This document shows, one piece after another, positions 22,601-32,172 of a DNA stretch of 35,049 nucleotides. The position numbers and the translations under genes were made by a program. The first letter of the stretch is position 1, and the number at the start of each line of letters is the position of its first letter. The stretch spans positions 1 through 35,049 of the forward strand of contig NKIB01000132.1 of the NCBI GenBank assembly GCA_002256025.1, read 5' to 3'. The stretch is from Asterionella formosa. Its lineage: Eukaryota. Under the pieces are notes generated by a model. The model was not told where the DNA came from and did not search any database. It saw only the letters and a program-made list of their open reading frames with translations.

Positions 22601-23616
22601 ACAAAGGACCACCCATTGACATCACATACATATGAGACCAAGGAATCTCCCTCCTGCACGCGTAACAAGTCAAATCCGCACACCCACTGCTTGAACCCCA
22701 AAACAATGCGCCTAGCGATTTCCTTTTCTCGAAGCGTCAATATGACCGGGAACCGCAGCTCCTTTCCATCAGAGTTCCGCTCCACCTTTCCATCCACAGC
22801 AGGAGACTTACGGGCTTCAGCGTGTCCATACTCCGGACCGACTGTATACATTTTTACATCGGTTCCTTGGGTTTCCACAAATTCTTCGTATATGTAACTC
22901 CCATCTCTCCTGACTTCGTTAATATCGGGGTAAAACTCAGAAGATCGGTTTCCGATCTTGCGAAAAAGTTTCTTACATCCGCCACCAGCAGAGCTGGGAT
23001 AATAAATGGCGATGTTATGATCGTCCGCATTAACTGGCTTCTCTACAAAAGGCTTGTTTATGGTGATTCCATTGACTTCAATATGATCGTCGAATTCCAG
23101 CACGTCTCGCTCGGCATTCCTATTTCCGTCGCCGCTGCCAGTGGAAACATATCCATCGCGAGATAAATAGACGTGTCGGGGCACGTCGATGCCACTTGCT
23201 TCCAACAAGTCATAAACTTTTCTTCGGTCTTTCAAGTAGTCTTGCATTCCTAGATCGTTCAATATGAATGGCTTCCTTAACGACGCATAGTCCCGTGCCT
23301 TGTCGAGTGGGTATCCCTTGCTATAAAACGCAATCATGACATTGCACCGGGGCCAGTCTTCCACTGGTTGATTCAGAATAACGTCGTCACCAAAAAACAA
23401 CACGTGAAACTGCGCATCATCCAATCGAGACAAAATCTCAGCCATTGGCTTCGACCTTGCCTTCTTGTCCATGGCGCAAACGCCCAAAACGATACGATTG
23501 TCATCTTCACGCGGCATTGCCGCTGGAATGTTTGGGATGACAGTGCTGGATTTGGATTTCTTGTGTTTCGGCTTTTCGACAGACATTGTCACATCTCCCG
23601 AAAAGTCGCTCGTCAT
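19677..23616 (-). CDS. VIP1: Bifunctional inositol pyrophosphate kinase/phosphatase (PPIP5K/VIP1/Asp1), ~1250 aa; exons 23616-22589, 22483-20157, 20074-19677
   Basis: ATP-grasp kinase motifs [31 protein letters not shown] and [20 protein letters not shown] (restored by intron 22484-22588). Histidine acid phosphatase motifs RHGDRTP, LKWGG and YFTSESH. A second intron 20075-20156 (GTCAGT...TACTAAT...TAG) is inferred. Alternative ATG at 23661. Confidence 0.93.
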
Positions 23617-23730
23617 CGTAGACCTATTTGTGAAGGCAACCAAGTAATTGATCGAGGCCATGGCCCAAAGAAGGAAAGGACTGTGATGAAGATTCGTCAA
23701 GTCGCAAAATTAAAAACTGGCTGCTCTTGT

Positions 23731-23901
23731 ACGGGTACCAGGGCTACCTGGTACCGTATTTCCTATTATGCATACCTGGTACCTGTTACCAGTAGGTCTA
23801 TGGTGGTCCAATGTGATGTAGCGACAAAATGACGTCAGCAAGGAGTGCTTTTGTTAAAAATTAATTACCGGTAGTAACCTACATGTACCGGTACATGGTA
23901 C
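23731..23901. repeat. TA-CC(n)GG-TA clusters upstream of VIP1
   Basis: GGTACCAGGGCTACCTGGTACCGTA, TACCTGGTACCTGTTACCAGTA, TACCGGTA, TACATGTACCGGTACATGGTA. Confidence 0.75.
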
Positions 23902-24264
23902 AATCAGATCAGATATAACCTTTACATAAGTTGGATGAAGTTCATGAAGTGTATAATGGATCATAGATGTAATTGTTTCAAGGTCCCAATATGCAAGATC
24001 TTTAGAAATGATCTGAAAATGATTTTTTGATACCTTCGACTCCATAAAATACAGAGGCGTAATTGCATATTTCTTGTGGGGTGCATTCGTGTGTACAAAT
24101 CTTTCCACAATTTTAGTTGTCCATGGGTTTTCAGCAAACTCAAGGAAAATGCAGTTTGCTTTGGCATAATAACTCTACACATTTCACATGCCAGCTCTTC
24201 ACAAAAGTAGGCTAGCTGCCTTTGGGATTGTTCTCGATGATTTTACAGAGAAATTCTTTTTCTT

Positions 24265-24981
24265 TCATGTATGATTTGGAAAAAGATTCAATTTTTTCTT
24301 CAAAGTTCGTTCCCAGCTCAGTGCATCAACTGCCTTAGCCAGCATCACATCTCTGTCTGCTGCATTTATCTTCTTGAATTTGAGGTCTTGATCTAGCTCA
24401 GACTTTTTCTTGAATATCTTTTCTTTTATAAATGCAATAGTTTCTCTGCTTTCATGATGTTCATCTTGATGTTCTGGACAAATAGTGAGACATATTTCTT
24501 GGTTATGCAACTTTTCAACCATTTCTACTTCAGAAGTGATGTATTCCACATTTCCGCCGGTATTTTCATTCATCGCATGAATTTGTTCATCAAATGAATG
24601 AGAATCACTGAGTTCTTCTTCATTATCAGCGATTTCAGGAGAATGAGGAGCAAAATACGACACTGCATGGAACTGTGCTTCTGTAGGAATAGAGTCTTCA
24701 TCTGCAAAGAACAACTGTTTGTGTTTACTCTTCGAAAGCAATCTTTCCTTCTTTTCAATCTCTGCCACTATTGTATCGGCATACTTCATTATTTTTTCCG
24801 GAGTACTATGAATCTGTTCAAATTCATCTGATCTTTGAGTGTATTCAAAGGAATCTTTGATTGATTTCATAGGTTTCTTCATCTTCTTTTCCGAAAACAT
24901 AAAGTCGTGTATTGTAAACAACAGAAGTAAGTCGTGTTTCTTGATTGACTGATCCATTCCATGAAATACATGAAATGCCAT
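24265..24981 (-). pseudogene. Unassigned ~238-codon K/E-rich ORF, probably a decaying gene or element relic
   Basis: Long open frame in AT-rich DNA. Protein-like sequence seems to continue in other frames past the stop (MKEKEFLCKIIENNPKGS*). No recognisable motif. Confidence 0.3.
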
Positions 24982-25328
24982 TTGGAAAGTTGTCAAAGGG
25001 CCAGAAGACTATGATGTAAAACAGTGGAGGGAAACGCGGAGCTTTTTGCGGCGCTTGTGGAGGTGCAACTGGTGTGATGGTAACCGAGTGTAGTAATTGT
25101 TGAACAGAGCACAGTGTAATATGCATGTTCCGCCAGCGTAGTGTTTACACAATACATATGCCAGTATATATAGCTATAAGAAGGAAAAAAGACACGAAGA
25201 TGAACGTGATGGCTGTTAGTTGAGGATACCGGTATGTGATATGCATCAATCCATGTCGCAAATCATATTATGGTGATGTACATATCAACGCATCCATATA
25301 CTTAGATCCTATCCGCTGTATAATACTG

Positions 25329-26872
25329 TCATATTAACTGTTGGCTTTTACTGTATACATTAAAAGTCGAATATATAAATTAAGTAACATACTTTATGAT
25401 CAATTCATTTATTTTCTATGATGTATTGATAACACTTGTGTACATATTTATCGTATTTTAGTATCATTGTATTATTTTAACATGATCATATCTTCCTCAT
25501 CAAAATTATCATATCATAACCATTTAAGAAAAGCATCATAGTTCTATGATCAATGCATCATAGCTATGTGATATACTTTATTCAATATTACATATCATAC
25601 TTTGGTGATGTATGCATCGATGTCACCCTATCATGATATCACATTATCATCTTATCAATCATTCAATGTTGATTGGGAACTGTATTCTGCATTGTACTAT
25701 GGAGTATGATATTATATCACGCACTTTAGTAGCTAAGTCACTCTTGTAATGTGGTACACAAGTCGACAGTGCACGTACACACACGCTAATCAGGTTTGAG
25801 GCAACAGACAGTGGTTCCAACGAAAGAATGACAATACGGGTGCCAATTTTTCCAGTGGCAAACCGCAATGATGAAGGACACTTGTCCCTCTATTGATGAG
25901 GATGACACGGACACCGACTTTTCCAGGAGCAAACAACAATGAAGAGACCCACTTGTCGCTCTATTGATGGTAACAAAGATGCGGACAAGTTCAACAGTGA
26001 ATACAAGAACAACATACCAATGAAAACAAGTCGACAGCGTGTGTACGCACACGCCAAACAGGTTCGAGGCAACGGACAGTTCCAACAAGCCAATGACAAT
26101 ACGGATATCAAATTTTTCCTATGAGCAAACAACAATGAAGAGAGCCACTTGCTGTCGCTCTCTTCACAGTATCAAAGATGCGGACAAATTCAATAGTTAA
26201 TTCAAGTTCAGCATGCCAAATTCAGAAACGAGCGAGCGATATGAAAAAGAAACTGTAATCAGAATCATTCTATAACTATTGCTATGTGGACAGTAGTCTG
26301 TTACATTTTCGTATCTCCTTCTATGCTGAATCTCAATAGTAGATGTAGTATCATGTGAGAATTGAAAATGTCAATGAGAACAAGTAGAATGTGTTTGTTT
26401 ACGGGTCGATTGGAGAGATTGTGATGCTGGTGGTCGACAAAACGGATTTACTATGTGCGCTGTATGCGGAATCATTATGAGTTTGAATGATTTCTTCTCT
26501 GTAAACTCTTAATTGAATGATTATGAACAAAGGTTCACTGCACATGACGATTACTCAAAGATAAAATGATCACTTGACCAACAATTGAAGACGTTATTGC
26601 AGGCAATCATTCCACTTGTCATCGCTAGTATTTCTTTGTTGTTGCAAAAATCGGAGTGATGACGGATGGAAATGACGAGCCAAATTACATTTTCTTTAGC
26701 TGGTACATTATCCTAAAATTCAAATACAGGAATCTAATAGAAACAATACATATAATAATTAAAAATATGTAGTCAAAAGGGTTACTATTTGAATTACAAG
26801 GGCATTTATCAAAATTATTAGATGAAAAAACGAAAAATTATGATCAGATGATCATGCATCATAGGAATATGA
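25329..26872 (+). repeat. ~1.6-kb dispersed repeat, copy 2
   Basis: Colinear with 12653-14272. It lacks one ~70-bp subunit of the second tandem unit. It may extend left to about 25233, where TATGTGATA..ATCATA..TGGTGATGTA is repeated. Confidence 0.9.
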
Positions 26873-27419
26873 TGGTTTTTATTTGCAGACGTATGTATCT
26901 AAATCGGCTTCAGACCCAGCCAACATTGAGCTATTGTTGTCCAAAAATTCGACAAAATCGACCTTTTCTACGGTCTCCAAAGAATTGGAATCAGAACCAC
27001 TTAGCGCCGAAACGTCATCATTGGAATGGTAGTACAGTACCGAAAATTTCATTCTTGTAAGTGCGCGCAGTATTATTATGCACTGATTGGCTATGGCGAA
27101 ATACTCGCCTCTGTTTGATAGCGCAAGTAACTGCAAACTTACACTGGCCACATTGGATACACATGTGACATTTCTTTGGGTGTACCGGTAAGCCGGTACC
27201 ATATCCAGTGCGGGGACCAGTGGATTATCATCATTGGAAATCATATGTGTGGTACCTGGTACCACTCGTTTATTGCACTTTCAAATATTTGCCAAGCCGT
27301 TGGGTTGTATATAAGAAAAATAATCGTTGGTACATATAGATACGGTGATGCACAATGTCTACATACACATTTAGCTATTCAAAAAGGAATCTATGTACAT
27401 ACGCGCAAATTTTCCACTG

Positions 27420-27544
27420 ATTTGAATATTTCAAACGGAATCATGTCATTCAAAAATAGCTCCTATAAATTCTTAGTTCCAGGGATTTTCGGCGACCCTA
27501 AGCAATATTTTAATTTTTGCCTTAGGGTTGAAATGCAGGAACCT
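27420..27544 (-). mobile_element. Transposon end, AGGTT long-TIR family, copy 4, abutting the copia remnant
   Basis: Reverse complement AGGTTCCTGCATTTCAACCCTAAGGCAAAAATTAAAATATTGCTTAGGGTC matches 2376 onward. Flanked by TAA (27545-27547). Confidence 0.6.
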
Positions 27545-27547
27545 TAA

Positions 27548-28499
27548 GGCTGAAGCCAAGAAGCATAACATTTCACCATCAAGGAACTTAGACCAATCAA
27601 GAAACATTTAGGATTTTGGTATGACTGGGGAGCAGAGGATATTGGTGGAAGATTTCTTGAATCTGCTATGGAGGATTTCGTTGAAGGAATGTCTGAAGAT
27701 TATAAGAATCTCTTTGGACGTTTTCCCACAATTGCACCAGCTCCTGGATTACCAGGTACAAGTTTGTCCCAGAATGATGCGCACACTCTTCTACATAGTG
27801 AAAACTGATCCATCATGGTTGGAAAAATCCAATACTTTGTAAAGAAGATATCTCCAATTTGTGCCAATGCATGTCGAGAATTGTCTCAGCATTTGAAGAA
27901 TCCAGGAGAGGCTCATTGGAAGGCGGTTGAACGTCTGTTGGGATTCTTATATGCAGACAAGAAACATCAGCGTATGAAGATGCGAACCCTTAAAGAAATG
28001 TTCCCTATGGATGTTGCTGACAGTGCATTTGCAGTTAACCCTGATACTTTCAAAAGTACAAGTGCATATCTCAGAACTATTGGAGCACGCTCCTTGGTGA
28101 CTTGGCTAGTTATCCAAAGGACAGAACATTGTAACTACATCAAGGACAGAAGCTGAGTATGTCAGCCTAAGTGACGGTGTCAAGGATACTACATTTGTTA
28201 CAAATCAATTGGACGAGGTCTACTAGGCAGTATGTGAAACTGCCAGCAATAATCGCTGAGGATAACACAGGAGCGATTTTCCTAAGCAAAAACCAACAAG
28301 TTGGATCAAGGACAAAGCAAATTGATATCAGTTATCATTTTATACATGAGAAGACTGAAGATGGATATGTTATTGTGGTCTAGCTATGCACATGTTGTGA
28401 TCTGCTTTCAAAGAATGTAACTCAGAAAAAAGTGCATGAGTTGCATGCATGTAATATTTGCAATGGGACAATTGATTGTTGGAACTGGAGCAGGGAGGA
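27548..28499 (+). pseudogene. Decayed Ty1/copia pol 3' part (RT C-terminus and RNase H) with polypurine tract
   Basis: FTIKELRPIKKHLGFWYDWG; VGKIQYFVKKISP..ANACRELSQHLKNPGEAHWKAVERLLG; DSAFA..DTFKSTS; TEAEYVSLS; EDNTGAIFLSKN..RTKQIDISYHFI; DLLSKN. PPT GGAGCAGGGAGGA at 28487-28499. Confidence 0.92.
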
Positions 28500-29375
28500 T
28501 GTCAAGAGCTGCGTGCATATTAGTTCAGTCGAACTAATAAATCTTGAATAATATTAAATTTTCCAGCCACAATTCCGTATTGAAATGCTGTGAGAATTTG
28601 AACAGCATTGATTGCCAAGAACTATATCAGCAAACCAAGGTAAATATTCGAATGGAGAATTTTCTAAGTAATCAATATTTCAATGAAGGAAAGGTATATA
28701 TATAGCTATACAATGCAGATAGCATTGAATATTCACGATTGTCCTACTAAGTGAGTGGAGTTGAGTTGTTTTGCTTCAGTTGAGAATTGAATGCCTAACA
28801 ACCCAATAAATATCTTTATACGAATTTGGGAAGAGAACCTTAATAATTGGTCATGTGAACGATTTCAAGACAGATCAAATAAGCTCACAATAAGTTGGGA
28901 TTAGAACAGAAAGCTTTAATACACTGAGCTTGCCTAGAAAATAGCTAGCATTGCAGTCAGACTGCAGAAGAATTTAACAATCACTTATTGTTAAATCGTT
29001 TTGATTGGTTGGTTTGATAGGGGAGGATTGTGCCTGATGTCTGTAGACTGAGGGCACTTCTTTACAGATAAAAAAATAAAAAAATGTTGCTTGGCCAAAT
29101 TTTTCTTATCTCACATATCCGGGTGATATGTTGCTGGAAGCGACATACTTTTTGTTGCTCCGAAATGTGTATCTGTGTGTATCGCTGCAGATACAGCGTT
29201 AAGAAACACAAATTTTATAAATTTAATATATGTTATGTAATTAAATTAATCAGCAAAGACACCATTTTTATCTCTAATGGCAACAATGAATTTTGGGAGG
29301 AGGGATTGCTTCTCAGCAGCAATTATTATTATCTCTAGCTACTACTCATGGAATAATGCTTTTCATCACTTGTAA

Positions 29376-30170
29376 ATGACTTCCGCAATGGCATCAATTG
29401 AATCTTCAGACAATGAAATTTACTCTGCAGCAAGGAAACAGGATGACCAGTGGGTTGCAAGTATCACTCCTGCTGATTTTTTCATTGTCAACGAAGTGTC
29501 TTTGACGACGATAGAAGACTGCTCATTCAACAGATATCGCTACAACGACTTCGTCGTATTTGCGTTCACTTTAAAATCGCCTGATACAGATACAGAAGCA
29601 AAACAAAGATGATAACGATTGCACTCATTAAGAATTCTTGGTTAAAGAATCTTGATCTTCGAGACATGATGGGGTCCAACAAAAAGTCATCGAAAAACCA
29701 AATTAGTATCTGAAAAGAAACGGCACTCCCTTTACTCCTGAATCATCAACAAGGAAGGCTCCTCGCCTACTGCTATCAAAGCAACTTTCTACTATCAGAG
29801 AAGATATTGCTAATGACTCAAGTACAGATTCCGAATTATCTCCTTCCCAATTGTCTGCATTTCCGTCTCCAGTTCCTGCTGATTTTTTATTGGATGACGA
29901 TTCTGAAAGATCCCACCAGATTATTAAGAAACAGCGATGACCTCCCAAGAATCAGAGGAAAAGAAATGCTGCAACTACTCCCAAATATATTAAGAAGCAT
30001 GGCACATACTATCGAGTAATTAATATCTTCTTCGATGAGAAACATCGGCAAGATATTTTTTGTCTTGGGAATACTCCAACTATATGTGAGTTGGATGCAA
30101 GGAAATTTCCCAATAAAGCACTTTGGGATAAGTTATTGGATACCTACATTGACATAGACAATGAGACATA
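29376..30170 (+). pseudogene. Second Harbinger ORF (putative DNA-binding partner protein), disrupted
   Basis: Frame-shifted protein-like blocks LRRICVHFKIA.YRYRSKTKM and GTYYRVINIFFDEKHRQDIFCLGNTPTICELDARKFPNKALWDKLLDTY. Lies inside the TIRs opposite the transposase, as expected for two-ORF Harbingers. Confidence 0.55.
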
Positions 30171-30849
30171 TAATGCTCAGACCAATATGCTTGAGGGAAG
30201 CCATCACAATCCTTTTTTCTTGCTTTATCAATAGGCTGTAAATATCCATCTATGGCACCAATGCATCTACGAAATAGTTGCTGCTCGCTTCTTTCAAGAA
30301 ATCCATTTCATCACTGTTTCTTTCTCCTTGTTTGTTGTAGGGGAATTTTATTGATAATGCTGTGCAGGAGTTCACCACATCAAGGGATGTTTTAGTTATG
30401 ACACAAACAGATGGATAAGAAACTGCATAGACATGACAAATGTCTATGAGTTTTCCGCCTGCAAGCCAGCGAAGTCCGATGGCAAGGATCAACTCAGGAT
30501 AAATATGCTGATTTGAGCTGTAAACACCGGAACTTGCATTTGATTTAACAACATTAGCTGTGATGGAAGGTCGAAGGAGTTCCAGTAGTTGATTGAAAGC
30601 TTCAAGAGACATGTGATATTCACGATGAAATCTATTCTCATGAAGAAGCTTTGTGACATGCTCATTCCATTCAATTTGTTGATGCTCCCATTTTGGAATT
30701 TGCACTGGCTTCGAGTTTTGTTCATAGGACTCCAAAGATGATAAAGCAGCTGCTGCAATAAACAAAAAGCTCAGTTATTCTGCTGCTACATCAAGATTGT
30801 CAATGACATCCCAGTTGTCAGGTTCTTCCAGTCGATTTGTCATTGTCAT
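30149..30849 (-). pseudogene. Harbinger/HARBI1-like DDE transposase, N-terminal half
   Basis: FHREYHMSLEAFNQLLELL..IYPELILAIGLRWLAGG..DICHVY (HTH region). After a frameshift comes LFRRCIGAIDGYLQPI..YWSEHY (first catalytic Asp, GAIDG). In-frame stop at 30775-30777; remainder deleted. Confidence 0.88.
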
Positions 30850-32172
30850 TACAGTAATGACAACAATGGTCAGACACATTGAATAATTGAAGCGCACATT
30901 GCAAATATTTTTGCTGAGTCTGATGCACATGTTTGCAGAGACGTAAAGAAAATGGCTAACTGTTTTGCTGTTACAGAGATATATTTGTGAAATTAAATTC
31001 TGTAAAGATTTTTTTTTGAAGATACAACAAAACAAATGTATCTCTAAGATTGGCCCTTAAGCCAGAAAAGAGATTTTGAGTTTGGAGAGAATTATTAAAG
31101 CAATGTAAGCAAGACTTGCGTACTTTGCATACAGAAACCTTTACTTTTGCGTCAAGCCGCCCCTCTATTGCCCGGTCATTGTTGTGTTTTCTTGACATTT
31201 CCCTGTTATGAAAAATAAAATTAGCATAAAAACCTAGTACGTCACTAAGTGGTGATCACCATGCGTACTGACGATTTTAAAGAGTGAATTGATTTTTTTC
31301 TATGTAAATAGACGCCTGTCCTGCGTCACATCATGAATTTCAGCAAAATGACCGCAATTGCTGGTTCATCTAACATATGTTTCAGAGCATCGCCACCTTG
31401 CAAAATGTGGTTGGCTTACTGTAAATAAATAATTTAATATAGGACAAAGAGAGCTAAGGTTTTAGTTTTAGCACAATTACCGGTACCGCAACTTGCTCAT
31501 CGACAAAAGGAAAGCCAATTTAGGTTTCGGGTCATTACACGTCACAATGCTTCACGTTCTTGGCTTGTTTTGATTGGCGAGAAAGCAAAATATTTTTTTG
31601 CCACCACCACCACATCGACCAAGACCAACTTTTCTTTCCTCTTATTTCGTCCACTTGGCTGACAATGACCCCCTTTTATCGACCAAAGCTATACTGGTAG
31701 TTTATAAAGGAATTTGGTCGGTTAGACTCCGACATCATCCAAAAAGAGAAGCGTTCTATTATATTCCTAGGTTGTGCTCGCGCCTGAACTATAATGTCTC
31801 TGGTTTTATCACCAAGATGACTTTGCAAACACCATAATCTCGTCATGAAGACAAAAATGTATTGCATTTAACCAGGTAGAACCAGTGACTTTTGAATATA
31901 CCGGTCATAGATTCTACATACCTAATAAAGGAATACATTTGCTCTTGGCGGCCGTTAAATGACTTTGTTCCCGGCCGCCGGTATAAGAAAAGCGATGGTT
32001 GTTCTTGCGAGAAACATCAGTACCGGGAGGGTCAACTTTGTCAGGAGGTCATTGATTGATGAACAAGTCGGTTGAAGAAATACCTGTAGAGATAGTCTCT
32101 CCATCATCCTAGCGACGCAAACATACAACCATTCCAGTCTTTATTGTCCCGGCTTTAGCCGTCGCCTACTAC

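Larger units (their letters stand above)
29052..31056 (-). mobile_element. Internally deleted PIF/Harbinger DNA transposon (~2.0 kb)
   Basis: Imperfect TIRs GGGCACTTCTTTACAGATA / TATCTCTAAGATTGGCCC; flanks TGA and TTA (TTA-type TSD with one mismatch); two convergent ORF remnants. Confidence 0.8.
28500..31197 (+). mobile_element. Copia 3' LTR (~690 bp: 28500-29051 plus 31060-31197) split by a Harbinger insertion
   Basis: Begins TGTCAAGA right after the PPT and ends TCTTGACA at 31190-31197 (perfect 8-bp inverted ends). TATA-like run near 28695 and AATAAA at 28805. Confidence 0.7.

Noticed and set aside
28971..28979. AATTTAACA as the end of the copia 3' LTR
   Set aside because: Only a partial match to the TGTCAAGA start; TCTTGACA at 31197 is a perfect 8-bp match once the Harbinger is removed.
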